Shown here one piece after another: positions 1 through 9,735 of a stretch of 47,151 nucleotides of DNA (within the stretch, counting starts at the first letter, position 1; each line of letters opens with the position of its first letter). A program made the position numbers and the translations under genes. The stretch spans positions 1 to 47,151 of the forward strand of contig JBBIGR010000013.1 in the NCBI GenBank assembly GCA_037447435.1, given 5' to 3'. This DNA comes from Fibrobacteria bacterium (lineage in GTDB: Bacteria; Fibrobacterota; Chitinivibrionia; Chitinivibrionales; FEN-1185). The notes below the pieces were generated by a model that saw only the letters and a program-made list of their open reading frames with translations, was not told the DNA's origin and did no database searches.

Positions 1-858
1 GTGGTCAGTCATATCCGTGTTGTCGGCAATACGATTATCAACACTGTTGTTCCCAACCAGCCTTTTAAAGGACAATTGTACGGTATTGCATGCTTTGACG
101 GTATTTATGACGATTGGTATGTTGAAAATAACGTCGTGTGCGCAAATACCTGGTACGGTATTGCTTTTAACGGGGCGCGCCATTGTCGTATTGTCAATAA
201 TTCGGTGTGCAGGCTCGACACGGAGAATTGTACTCTGCCGTGCATAACCGTTTCCGATTATCAGGGAAATATAAAAAGCTCCGATTGCTTCCTGCGAAAT
301 AATATAAGCAGTATTATTGTCAATGCCGGAGATTCAACCTGCCGAAACGATCACAATATCGCTTTTTGCAACCCCGACAGCCTGTTTACGGATTATAAAA
401 ATGGAAACCTACGGTTGAAAGCCGGGTGTATGGCCATAGACAGCGGCAGTGCCGATCTGGCGCCTGCATTCGATATAGCGGGAGTTAGCAGGCCGCAAGG
501 AAAGAGTGTTGACATTGGAGCCTTCGAGTATGTCGATCCGACAATCGTCGCGGCCAAGAACATCGGTGTTGCAGACAACGGGGGGAAAAAGCTTTTGATC
601 GTCCATAATCGGTTGGGAGGAACAATCCGTGCGTATATCCGGACCTCGGAATCGACACGATTGATAAATGAGTCCGACGGATTTACCTTTGTCGTTTACG
701 ATATGCACGGAAGGCGATGCACGGGTGCAACAATCGGATTATCTGAAAATGCACGGTCGGACTCGAAAAATAACATAACTCCGGGCATTTATATCGTTAT
801 AGCCAAAAACGGCAGCGTACGAATTGCTACTCAGCTTGTGGTTAGTAACTATAAATAA
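1..858 (+). CDS. Secreted right-handed beta-helix protein with choice-of-anchor-Q-like segment and T9SS-like C-terminal domain (5' truncated)
   Basis: Asn-rich beta-helix repeats (VVGNTI, VENNVV, IVNNSV, LRNNIS), AIDSG...DIAGVSRPQG..VDIGAFEY motif, and a C-terminal VVYDMHGRR...PGIYIV tail. The ORF is open at the window edge. Confidence 0.75.
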   Translation: MVSHIRVVGNTIINTVVPNQPFKGQLYGIACFDGIYDDWYVENNVVCANTWYGIAFNGARHCRIVNNSVCRLDTENCTLPCITVSDYQGNIKSSDCFLRNNISSIIVNAGDSTCRNDHNIAFCNPDSLFTDYKNGNLRLKAGCMAIDSGSADLAPAFDIAGVSRPQGKSVDIGAFEYVDPTIVAAKNIGVADNGGKKLLIVHNRLGGTIRAYIRTSESTRLINESDGFTFVVYDMHGRRCTGATIGLSENARSDSKNNITPGIYIVIAKNGSVRIATQLVVSNYK

Positions 859-1210
859 AATATCAACGCATTTGCGTAGATAGTATCACAACTGCAACAG
901 CGAAGCAAAGGATTAGGTGATAAATATGTAAGTATTATTCCGCTCAGAGATTTCTTCAAGTAGCCCGCATTTCAATCCGCGTTAAAACCGCCCATGGCAC
1001 TGTATTCTAAAAAAACACGAATTTTTAAAAAATAGGTATTTTTTGTTTTAAATTAACGTATCTTTGGAGAAATAGGCATGCCCAAATAGTTCATAAGAGG
1101 AAAAAGAAGGAGGATTATTGGAATAAGTTTTTATTTTCGAACTTCTAAAATATCGGGTCCGTAGAAATTCAAATCATCCAGGATATGGGAAGAGAGCGGT
1201 TTGGTTTCGG

Positions 1211-1225
1211 GTTGACATTGTCAAC
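1211..1225. promoter_or_regulatory. Perfect 7-1-7 palindrome GTTGACA-T-TGTCAAC, candidate operator
   Basis: Read directly, about 100 bp upstream of ORF 1326. It carries TTGACA on both strands. Confidence 0.45.
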
Positions 1226-1325
1226 ATTTAATAACGCAAAGGAATACTGTCTAAACAAGGCAAACTCTTTGTATGGAGTGTGCTATACTTGAATTGTTAA
1301 TCGCTTAACAAAAATGGAGTAAAAA

Positions 1326-4300
1326 ATGTACAAAAAAAGTTTGCTACTTTTGCTGATTACAAGTTCCTTGTCCTGGTCTACAACATACTATGTCGATTAT
1401 GTAAATGGGATAAACAGCAACACGGGAAAATCTCAAATAAGTGCGTGGAAAAATTGTCCCGGTGACGCTGCCGCCACCTTGCTTCCGATGCAAACGACCC
1501 TCGTTGCAAACGATACGGTGATATTTAAAGGAGGCATAGTATACAAAGGAGAAACATGCGTGAAATGGTCGGGATCCGGTGATGCGAACCGTATTACTTA
1601 CGACGGAAACACGGGTGGCACCTGGGGTAGCGGAAAAGCCATGATCGATGGGGAAAATGTGCGCTCATACGGATTTAGTGCGACAACGGGTACGACGAAT
1701 TACGTCACTATAAAAAATTTCGAAATCATGAACATGAAATATACGGGAGTTCCGTGGCAAGGCGGAGCTGCTATCAAAATCGACGATGCAAGCTATGTTA
1801 CCATCTCGAATTGTTATTTGCACGATGTTGGCTATTGGAAAAACGACGGCTCAATTATTCCGGCAGGTAATGGTGTGCATATGCTGCGGCCGAAAAACTG
1901 CCTTATTTCGGGTTGTGAAATAACCCGCACCGGATTGGCAGGTATTGAAGTCGATGGCTCGGTCAATTGTACTTTTTCGCGAAATAATATTCATGATTAC
2001 ATTACCTGGGGAATCGATATCGGCGGCGATTTTAATTTGTGCACCGGCAATGTGGTTTGTGATAACACTGTTCATGATTTATACCAGTACGATGCCGGTT
2101 ATTGGGGAATCCCAAACGATCCGAACATTCCGCATACCGATTATATATTCCTTCGTCAAGGTGGCGGCCAGCGCCCTATAAATAACACCATAGAAAGAAA
2201 CCTTTTTTATAATAATCAGGTTTTCCACGAATTCGGCGGCACCGCAATTGTCTTTCTTTCCTATGCCGACAATACAATCATCAGAAACAACGTTTTTATT
2301 AATCCTCACGGGTATTATGCGACCCGTTTTTCCTGGACTTCATCGGGCACCAAATTTTACAACAACACGATTTATGCGCCGAATGCGGTCACCGGAAGCT
2401 CCGGTGTGGCAGGCGTTTTTCTTGAAACAAACGGCAATACCGACATCCGGAACAACATTATCGTTACGTATCAATCATCCATCGCATATACCTCGGTTAC
2501 GGATGAATCCGGTTTGATTTCCGATTATAATCTTTTTTATAATGTCACTTCGTCACAGGATTTCGTGCGGATCACACCTGCCCGATACGCGACATATGCA
2601 CAATGGCAAACCTTCGGCTATGATGCGCACAGCCTCAAAGCAGCGGCAATTTCCGATATCAAGTTTGCCAATGTCGCGGGCTATCCCACTTCATGCCAAA
2701 CCATGGATCTGAGTATCGTGTCGTCAAGCCCTGCCGTAAACACGGGTACGACACTGACGGGATTTACTAATGATATAAAATCGACGCCGCGTCCCCAAGG
2801 AACAGCGTGGGATATCGGCGCATGTGAAGCAATGTCGGCAGGGGCGGCTCCCACGGCGCCCGCATTCACGTTACAGCCGCAAAACCAGACCGTTACCGCG
2901 GGACAGACCGCATCGTTTACAATTGCAGCATCGGGTACGGCCCCGCTCGCGTTTCAGTGGCAGAGAAGCAACGATTTAGGTACGACATGGGCGAATATCA
3001 GCGCAGCCACTGCTGCGTCAATAACAACGGGCGCACTAAGCACTTCCGACAATAATGCACAATTCCGTTGTATTGCAACCAATGCCGCAGGTACAGCCGC
3101 TTCGGCAACTGCCAAGCTGACCGTGAATGCCGTGAATACCGGCACCACAACTGTTTCAAAATTGAGCGGAACCGCTTTTGGCGCAAGTCCGGCAATGAGT
3201 GCCGGAACCGAATTCGACAAAGCTATGGATAACAATATAAGTACCCATTACGAATTTGCACTGAACAATGGAGGGTATGCGGGAATAGATCTTGGCGCAA
3301 CGGGAGTGTCGAAAATAGCCAAGATACGTTTTTACCCGCAACCGGGTTTTGAGTTCAGAATGAGCGGCGGAAAGTTCCAAGGCTCTAATACGTCAAGCAC
3401 CAGCGGATATGTTGATCTGTACACGATACCGACAACGCCGCTTGCAGGATGGAACGAGGTTCAGATAACCGATCAAAATGCCTACCGGTACGTACGGTTC
3501 GTTTCGGCTGTAAATACCTATTGCACAATTGCTGAAATGGAATTCTACAGTTCTTCTGCAGCAATGCCGGTTGTTACGTCTCAGCCCATAAGCCAAACTG
3601 TCGTTGCCGGTACACAAGCAACGTTCGGCATTGTCGCATCGGGCACTGGTCCTCTGGGGTATTTGTGGCAAAGAAGCAACGACAAAGGCGCCACATGGAT
3701 TACCATAAGCGGGGCGACATCCGCTTCGTATACGACAAGTACCTGCGCAGTGACCGACAATGCGGCGCAATTCCGATGTGTTGCAACCAATTCAGCCGGA
3801 ACCGCGACGTCTAATGCGGCAACATTAACGGTAAATGCGCCGGTAGTTTCAAAACTGAGCGGAACTGCTTTTGGCGCAAGTCCGGCATGGGCTGCTGGAA
3901 CCGAATTCGATAAAGCCACGGACAACAATATAAGCACGCGCTATGAATTTGCCCTGAATAATGGCGGTTATACCGGCTTGGACCTTGGCGCTACCGGTGT
4001 GGCGAAAATAACCAAAATACGTTTTTATCCTCAACCGGGTTTTGAGTTCAGAATGAGCGGCGGAAAGTTCCAAGGCTCTAATACGTCAAGCACCAGCGGA
4101 TATGTTGATCTGTACACGATACCGACAACGCCGCTTGCAGGATGGAACGAGGTTCAGATAACCGATCAAAATGCCTACCGGTACGTACGGTTCGTTTCGG
4201 CTGTAAATACCTATTGCACAATTGCTGAAATGGAATTCTACGGCAGCGCTCCCACGACGCTTCCTATGGTAACAGCCGTAACGGTTGCGGCGCTGGAACG

Positions 4301-4580
4301 TGTTTTGCCGAAGGAATTCGGCCTTACCGCGGTCGCGGCCGACGCAAAATATGCATATGTAAAGGTACAGTTCTCGGCTCCATTCGCTTTGAATGAAATC
4401 CGGTTCGAGGTTTTCAATCTTCTGGGAAAATCCCTGCAAACCGTTTCGATGCACGAAATACATGCAGGAAATACTATGGTGAGTTTCGATAATAGGAATC
4501 ACCAGTTTTCCGCTGGTAATTACCTATGCAGGGTGCATGCGGACGGGCTGGATAAAGCGATTATTATGCCTGTTCGCTGA
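1326..4580 (+). CDS. Secreted beta-helix (pectin-lyase-like fold) protein with 2x(Ig + F5/8-discoidin/CBM32-like) modules and T9SS-like CTD
   Basis: Signal peptide, TTYYVD..G.NSN.G..AWK start, beta-helix Asn ladders, RPQGTAWDIGA motif, two QP..QTV..G..A.F...QWQ...FRC Ig units, two KITKIRFYP..YRYVRF..IAEMEFY units, and a FNLLGK...AGNYLCR CTD. RBS GGAG. Confidence 0.85.
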   Translation: MYKKSLLLLLITSSLSWSTTYYVDYVNGINSNTGKSQISAWKNCPGDAAATLLPMQTTLVANDTVIFKGGIVYKGETCVKWSGSGDANRITYDGNTGGTWGSGKAMIDGENVRSYGFSATTGTTNYVTIKNFEIMNMKYTGVPWQGGAAIKIDDASYVTISNCYLHDVGYWKNDGSIIPAGNGVHMLRPKNCLISGCEITRTGLAGIEVDGSVNCTFSRNNIHDYITWGIDIGGDFNLCTGNVVCDNTVHDLYQYDAGYWGIPNDPNIPHTDYIFLRQGGGQRPINNTIERNLFYNNQVFHEFGGTAIVFLSYADNTIIRNNVFINPHGYYATRFSWTSSGTKFYNNTIYAPNAVTGSSGVAGVFLETNGNTDIRNNIIVTYQSSIAYTSVTDESGLISDYNLFYNVTSSQDFVRITPARYATYAQWQTFGYDAHSLKAAAISDIKFANVAGYPTSCQTMDLSIVSSSPAVNTGTTLTGFTNDIKSTPRPQGTAWDIGACEAMSAGAAPTAPAFTLQPQNQTVTAGQTASFTIAASGTAPLAFQWQRSNDLGTTWANISAATAASITTGALSTSDNNAQFRCIATNAAGTAASATAKLTVNAVNTGTTTVSKLSGTAFGASPAMSAGTEFDKAMDNNISTHYEFALNNGGYAGIDLGATGVSKIAKIRFYPQPGFEFRMSGGKFQGSNTSSTSGYVDLYTIPTTPLAGWNEVQITDQNAYRYVRFVSAVNTYCTIAEMEFYSSSAAMPVVTSQPISQTVVAGTQATFGIVASGTGPLGYLWQRSNDKGATWITISGATSASYTTSTCAVTDNAAQFRCVATNSAGTATSNAATLTVNAPVVSKLSGTAFGASPAWAAGTEFDKATDNNISTRYEFALNNGGYTGLDLGATGVAKITKIRFYPQPGFEFRMSGGKFQGSNTSSTSGYVDLYTIPTTPLAGWNEVQITDQNAYRYVRFVSAVNTYCTIAEMEFYGSAPTTLPMVTAVTVAALERVLPKEFGLTAVAADAKYAYVKVQFSAPFALNEIRFEVFNLLGKSLQTVSMHEIHAGNTMVSFDNRNHQFSAGNYLCRVHADGLDKAIIMPVR
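3339..3548 (+). repeat. 210-bp exact direct repeat, copy 1 (discoidin-like domain 1)
   Basis: Compared base by base with 4032-4241 and found identical (offset 693). Confidence 0.95.
4032..4241 (+). repeat. 210-bp exact direct repeat, copy 2 (discoidin-like domain 2)
   Basis: Identical to 3339-3548. Confidence 0.95.
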
Positions 4581-4596
4581 TAAGGTTCTAGTCCTT

Positions 4597-4643
4597 GTTG
4601 AATAGTCCTGCTGAAAAAAAGCAGGACTATTTCAACTTTTTTT
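4597..4643 (+). terminator. Rho-independent terminator
   Basis: GTTGAATAGTCCTGCT / AGCAGGACTATTTCAAC stem followed by a T7 run, just after the stop at 4580. Confidence 0.85.
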
Positions 4644-4729
4644 AATTTTTACACACTTTTAAGCAAGTTATATCGTATCATTAGGGTATAAGATGAGGAA
4701 TTTGGGAGAAGAGATTAGTTTGGATAAAG

Positions 4730-4745
4730 TGGTAAAGTTTATGCA
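4730..4745 (+). promoter_or_regulatory. sigma54 -24/-12 promoter candidate (weaker match)
   Basis: TGGTAAAGTTTATGCA, GG-N10-GC spacing, 36 bp before ATG 4782. Confidence 0.5.
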
Positions 4746-4781
4746 AAAACGATTAAACGCTTAAGGAGAGTGGAGTAAAAA

Positions 4782-6608
4782 ATGAACAGAAAGCTTTTTC
4801 TCATTGTGCTTATTTCGAGTTCATTGACCTGGTCTGCAACATATTATGTTGATTTTGCAGCCGGATTAAATTCCAATTCAGGACGCTCCCAAACGAGTGC
4901 ATGGAAAAACTGTCCCGGCGATGCTATGGCAACACTTATAGCCGGTCAAACAAATTTAGCCGCGGGCGATACGGTTATTTTTAAAGGCGGTGTTGTATAC
5001 AAAGGAGAAATATGCGTAAAATGGTCGGGCTCGCAAGATGGGGCACGTATAATTTATGATGGTAATTCGGCTGGAACATGGGGTGGCGGCAAAGCAGTAA
5101 TAGATGGAGAAAATGTTCGGTCGTACGGATTTAGCGTGACAACGGGTACGACGAATTACGTTACAATTAAAAATTTCGAAATAATGAATATGAAATATAC
5201 CGGCGTTTCCTGGCAAGGCGGCGCAGCAATAAAAATTGACGATGCAAGTTACGTCACCATTGCAAATTGTTATCTGCACGATGTCGGGTATTGGAAAAAC
5301 GACGGATCGATTATTCCCGCCGGAAATGGCGTGCATATGCTGCGGCCGAAAAACTGTTTGCTGACGGGCTGTGAAATCACGCGTACCGGACTCGCAGGCA
5401 TAGAGGTCGACGGCTCGGTTAATTGCACATTTTCACGCAACAATATTCACGATTACATCACATGGGGAATCGATATCGGCGGCGATTTCAATTTGTGTAC
5501 CGGCAATGTGGTTTGCGACAATACCGTTCACGACTTATACCAATTTGACGCGGGTTATTGGGGAATACCAAACGACCCCAACATTCCTCACACCGATTAT
5601 ATATTCCTTCGTCAAGGTGGCGGTCAGCGTCCAACAAATAACACCATAGAAAGAAACCGGTTCTATAATAACCAGGTATTTCATGAATTCGGCGGAACTG
5701 CCATTGTTTTTCTCTCCTATGCCGATAATACGATAATCAGAAACAATGTTTTCATAAACCCTCATGGTTATTATGCGACTCGATTTTCATGGACATCGTC
5801 GGGCACCAAATTTTACAATAACACGATTTATGCGCCGAATCCGGTCAACGGAAACACCGGTGTGGGGGGCGTTTTTCTTGAAACCAACGGCAATACCGAC
5901 ATTCGAAACAATATCATCGTAACCTATCAATCCTCCCTTTCCTACACGGCTGTTGCCGATGAAAACGGCTTAACAAGCGATTATAATCTTTTCTACAATG
6001 CGACGAGTGCGCAGGATTTCGTGCGAATAACCCCTGCCCGGTATTCTACTTTTGCGCAATGGAAAACCTTCGGTTATGATGCGCATAGCAACAAAGAAAC
6101 CTCTGTTTCGGACATCAAATTTACAAATGTCGCAGGTTACCCGACCGCTTGCCAGACCATGGACCTCACGATATTGCCGACAAGTCCGGCGGTAAACGCT
6201 GGCACCGTGCTTCCGGGATTTTCCAATGACATTAATGCCAACCCCAGACCGCAAGGAGGTGCCTGGGACATCGGCGCCATCGAGGTTATTGCCGGTAAAC
6301 CCACGACTGCGATTAGCCAGAATCCGGCACTGGGAATGTCCGCATCTTTCAACCTTGTTCCTATCATTGCGGCAAGAAATTCGGCAGTGCAAGTCAGGTT
6401 TTCAACTCCCGTTGCCATTGGTGAAGTCCATTTTGAATTATTTAATCTTCTTGGAAAATGCCTTGAAAGCGTTGTTCTGTCCGAAAGTGCGCCGGGCGAC
6501 CATATCGTAACATTTACCAATGCTTCCCGTCAATTATCAGCAGGCAATTATCTGTGCCGCGCGCATGCGAGCGGTTTGGATAAATCGGTAATGCTCACCG
6601 TTCGTTAG
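4782..6608 (+). CDS. Secreted beta-helix protein with T9SS-like CTD; paralog of 1326..4580 without the Ig/discoidin modules
   Basis: Beta-helix core nearly identical to the preceding ORF, same CTD type, same RBS context TGGAGTAAAAAATG. Confidence 0.85.
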   Translation: MNRKLFLIVLISSSLTWSATYYVDFAAGLNSNSGRSQTSAWKNCPGDAMATLIAGQTNLAAGDTVIFKGGVVYKGEICVKWSGSQDGARIIYDGNSAGTWGGGKAVIDGENVRSYGFSVTTGTTNYVTIKNFEIMNMKYTGVSWQGGAAIKIDDASYVTIANCYLHDVGYWKNDGSIIPAGNGVHMLRPKNCLLTGCEITRTGLAGIEVDGSVNCTFSRNNIHDYITWGIDIGGDFNLCTGNVVCDNTVHDLYQFDAGYWGIPNDPNIPHTDYIFLRQGGGQRPTNNTIERNRFYNNQVFHEFGGTAIVFLSYADNTIIRNNVFINPHGYYATRFSWTSSGTKFYNNTIYAPNPVNGNTGVGGVFLETNGNTDIRNNIIVTYQSSLSYTAVADENGLTSDYNLFYNATSAQDFVRITPARYSTFAQWKTFGYDAHSNKETSVSDIKFTNVAGYPTACQTMDLTILPTSPAVNAGTVLPGFSNDINANPRPQGGAWDIGAIEVIAGKPTTAISQNPALGMSASFNLVPIIAARNSAVQVRFSTPVAIGEVHFELFNLLGKCLESVVLSESAPGDHIVTFTNASRQLSAGNYLCRAHASGLDKSVMLTVR

Positions 6609-6620
6609 TTTCAACTTCTT

Positions 6621-6670
6621 ACCTTTGCCGAAGGCTCGGGTTTTTCCGGGTCTTCTGCAGAGGTGTTTTT
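6621..6670 (+). terminator. Probable Rho-independent terminator
   Basis: ACCTTTGC..GAAGGCTCGG / CCGGGTCTTC..GCAGAGGT imperfect stem followed by a T-run. Confidence 0.6.
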
Positions 6671-6851
6671 ACAAATCCTTCAACACATTCTCCTTCACGA
6701 TCGTGCGGCTCTTCATCAAATTTCTCTCTATAATTCGGGTTTAATTAAATCTGCATCTGCCAAGAAACTTTCTTATATCCGGAATTTTTTTTAATTTTGC
6801 GAAAATGCCGGCAAAATAAAAGCTTTTGTAGTCTAAAAGACGTAAAATTCC

Positions 6852-6867
6852 GGGCATAGTTCTTGCA
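6852..6867 (+). promoter_or_regulatory. sigma54 -24/-12 promoter candidate
   Basis: GGGCATAGTTCTTGCA, 35 bp before ATG 6903. Confidence 0.65.
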
Positions 6868-6902
6868 ACTATATATAGTAGAAACATATAAATAAATTAA
6901 GA

Positions 6903-8150
6903 ATGAGAAGAGGTTTTATAAACAGGCTCATTGTACCGATAATATGCATATGTTTCTTTTTCCCGCCCATTGCGGGCTATGGGCAATGGATAAAAAGCAA
7001 CGGACCAAAGGCAACGGTGACCCGAACTTTGGCCGCAAAAGGAAATATTGTTTTTGCCGGTACCGATAACGGTATGTTCAGATCGGTAAATAACGGGTCC
7101 TGTTGGACTCCTATTAATTCAAGACTGCCTGCGACGGACACGGTACTTTCGATGGCCGTTGTCGACAGTTTCATTTTTATCGGTACTTTACATGATGGAA
7201 TATTCCGCTCGGCGGATAACGGCGATTCTTGGATTTCGACAAACAATGGGTTTCCCAAAGACTCCGGCACTTCGAATGACTTTTGCTCCGTCAGCAGTAT
7301 CAGCGTTATCGGTAGTTCAATGCTCGCAGGAACATTTCAAAAAGGAATATTTCTCTCGACGGACAAAGGCGAATCGTGGCAACCGATGAATTCCGGTTTG
7401 ACGAATTTGAACGTGTTTGCGCTTATTTCCAGCGGCAATGATTTTTTTTCGGGAAATGGAATGGGGGGTGGAGTATTTCTTTCGTCAAATGCCGGCATAA
7501 CATGGACAAAAGCGAATAACGGATTGTTCTACATTGATGGCATGGTATACAGCGTATTGGGGCTTATAGCAACGAAAAACAGCCTTTTTGCCGTTACCTT
7601 GTACGGCGGCATATATTCGTCTCAAAATAAAGGCCAGACCTGGAATTCCGCAAATAGCGGTTTGTCCACTAATAATGTCCTTTCGTTGTTTCCTTACAGC
7701 GATACATTGTTCGCCGGTACCGATCTTGACGGCGTTTTTATATCCTCGAACAACGGCACATCGTGGACAAGTTTCAGTGCAAATTTACCGCAAAGCGATG
7801 CCGTATTGTGTTTCTGCGTAAGCAACGGTATGCTTTTAGCCGGTTTATACGGAAGCGGCGTATGGCGGCGCCAACTTTTTGATATGACGATAGCTGGGTC
7901 AAAAAGCCCGCAAAAGAGGAAATTAGAGGCAAGCATCAGCTCGTCGCAGGGACTTGTCCGATACACGGTTCCGATACAAGGAATTGTCAGCATAAAATAT
8001 TATGATCTGCAGGGACGATTATTGGCTTCATTTGTTAACCGTGTTCAATCCGCAGGTACGTATTCCGTGGTCATGCCGGCTATGCCTAAAGGATTTTTTA
8101 TACGCGATTTCAGGGTTGGAGACTTTACTCTAAAAGAACGGGTAAATTGA
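6903..8150 (+). CDS. Secreted BNR/Asp-box beta-propeller protein with T9SS-like CTD
   Basis: Signal peptide, six G(I/V/M)(F/Y)xSxxxGxxW Asp-box repeats, and a YYDLQGRLLA...AGTY CTD. Confidence 0.8.
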   Translation: MRRGFINRLIVPIICICFFFPPIAGYGQWIKSNGPKATVTRTLAAKGNIVFAGTDNGMFRSVNNGSCWTPINSRLPATDTVLSMAVVDSFIFIGTLHDGIFRSADNGDSWISTNNGFPKDSGTSNDFCSVSSISVIGSSMLAGTFQKGIFLSTDKGESWQPMNSGLTNLNVFALISSGNDFFSGNGMGGGVFLSSNAGITWTKANNGLFYIDGMVYSVLGLIATKNSLFAVTLYGGIYSSQNKGQTWNSANSGLSTNNVLSLFPYSDTLFAGTDLDGVFISSNNGTSWTSFSANLPQSDAVLCFCVSNGMLLAGLYGSGVWRRQLFDMTIAGSKSPQKRKLEASISSSQGLVRYTVPIQGIVSIKYYDLQGRLLASFVNRVQSAGTYSVVMPAMPKGFFIRDFRVGDFTLKERVN

Positions 8151-8224
8151 CAGCGATGTGAAATGGAAACCATCAATATCGGCGAACCGTTTTAAATTCC
8201 GGTATTTTGCAAACAGAAAATTTG

Positions 8225-9406
8225 TCAGTAGTTTCCTTCGTCCGGCCCTCCCAAATGCTCCTTGAATTCCACTGTGTAAATTTCGATGATGGAGACGAAA
8301 AAAGCCATTATAACCGGTCCGGCGATTACTCCAACGGGGCCAAACATGGTCAAGCCCCCAATGCTGGAGAAAAAAATCAGCAAATCGTGCATATGGGAAC
8401 CCCGGCCGACCAATTGAGGACGAAGGATATTGTCAATGGTGGAAATGACTCCGAAACTAAGTGCAAGGATAACTATCCCTTGCCAAGGATGGCCCATTGC
8501 CATCCGAATAATTCCTGCGGGAATAAGTATCGGCCATGCGCCGAGCATGGGGACAAGGGCCAAGGTTATCATAACGACGCCCCACAAAAGCCACGTTTTA
8601 ATCCCGAAAATCAAAAGTATGACGCTTCCGAGGGATCCTTGTATAAATGCAATTATCAGTGTGCCCTTAACCGTTGCGCGTGACACAAGGAGAAACCGGT
8701 TAATTATCATATCCTGATAGGTTGTCTTGAGCGGAAGCAGTTGACGGAACTTTGTAACAATAGCCGGGCCGTCGATAAAAAAGTAAAACATGATAAAAAG
8801 AGTCACTATGAAACCCGCCAATACTTCAATAACTCCAAGCGAGGTTTTGTTAGCGGTTTTTGCAAGGGCCGCGCCGATCGTCTTAATCATATTGAGCATA
8901 GTGTTTTGCCAATCGATGTTGTGTGCGGTGAGCCACGACAGTATCAGGTTATTTGCAAAATGGTCGAGAAACCCGGTATTATTCCCCTTTACAAAAGCTT
9001 GTACGGCGGGGTAAACCTGCTGGTAAAGCGCGAGCAACTGATGGACCACCAAGTATCCTATAAAGTAAATAGGGATCGCGAATCCAAGCACCAAAATGGC
9101 GCAGCATGCGGCAGAAGCGGCTGCACGGTTTTGCCTGAAAAATTTAAGAAGAAAAGTGTAAAAAGGGAATAACAGCGATGCAAAGGTACAGGCCAAAAGT
9201 ATGGGAGTCAAAAAAATATTGAGCATGGGAACAAGAACAAACAGTGCTGTAATGATGAGAATAAGCACGACCGCCCGGTTAACTGTTTTATGTTTTTGGA
9301 TAAATGACTTTTTCCTGTCTTTGGCAGTGGGATCCGATAAGACTTGATTGCCGGATAAAATAGTATTCGAAATTTGATCCTGTGGTATTGGTTTAAAAGA
9401 TGCCAT
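8225..9406 (-). CDS. AI-2E family transporter (PerM/YdiK-like)
   Basis: Multiple TM helices, FYFFIDG, IDNILRPQLVG and GGLTMFGPVGVIAGP motifs. Start taken at ATG 9406 (MASFKP); the ORF track start is 9475. Confidence 0.9.
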   Translation of the reverse strand: MASFKPIPQDQISNTILSGNQVLSDPTAKDRKKSFIQKHKTVNRAVVLILIITALFVLVPMLNIFLTPILLACTFASLLFPFYTFLLKFFRQNRAAASAACCAILVLGFAIPIYFIGYLVVHQLLALYQQVYPAVQAFVKGNNTGFLDHFANNLILSWLTAHNIDWQNTMLNMIKTIGAALAKTANKTSLGVIEVLAGFIVTLFIMFYFFIDGPAIVTKFRQLLPLKTTYQDMIINRFLLVSRATVKGTLIIAFIQGSLGSVILLIFGIKTWLLWGVVMITLALVPMLGAWPILIPAGIIRMAMGHPWQGIVILALSFGVISTIDNILRPQLVGRGSHMHDLLIFFSSIGGLTMFGPVGVIAGPVIMAFFVSIIEIYTVEFKEHLGGPDEGNY

Positions 9407-9565
9407 ACTATCTCTTTTCGCATTTTTAGGAATTGATTTCCTGTAACCCGGAATGAAACAGCAGCAACGGTTCACTTATCACGCGCATATATCGAAATTC
9501 TTTTGACCTGTAGGGAATCCCACCTTCAAAAAAAAATTATTCCGGGAACCTTTCTATCATAAAAC

Positions 9566-9581
9566 CGCAAGACTAATGCCA
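9566..9581 (-). promoter_or_regulatory. sigma54 -24/-12 promoter candidate for the AI-2E transporter
   Basis: Minus strand reads TGGCATTAGTCTTGCG. Confidence 0.7.
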
Positions 9582-9626
9582 ATTGCTGTCTCCGTGTTAA
9601 AGCGCAAGCACTTTGAATGCCTTGCC

Positions 9627-9642
9627 CGGCATGGTGATTGCT
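9627..9642 (+). promoter_or_regulatory. sigma54 -24/-12 promoter candidate for mlaEFD
   Basis: CGGCATGGTGATTGCT. Confidence 0.7.
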
Positions 9643-9735
9643 GATACATAACCAGGATACCTCAAATAAATCAAATCATTTATAGTCAATAGCCGGGTTT
9701 TAAGATGCTGCCTATATAATGAAAGTAACCAGTAT

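Noticed and set aside
861..882. Imperfect dyad TATCAACGCATTTGCGTAGATA and loosely similar ACGC..GCGT sites near 14995, 29873 and 42011
   Set aside because: Spacing and positions are inconsistent, too weak to call a shared binding site.
1255..1300. c-di-GMP-I riboswitch (GGCAAAC start)
   Set aside because: It lacks the GNRA-capped stem and the downstream GACGCAAA/P3 elements.
3339..4241. Diversity-generating retroelement (TR/VR pair)
   Set aside because: The copies are identical, both in-frame within one gene, with no adenine-specific differences and no reverse transcriptase in the window.
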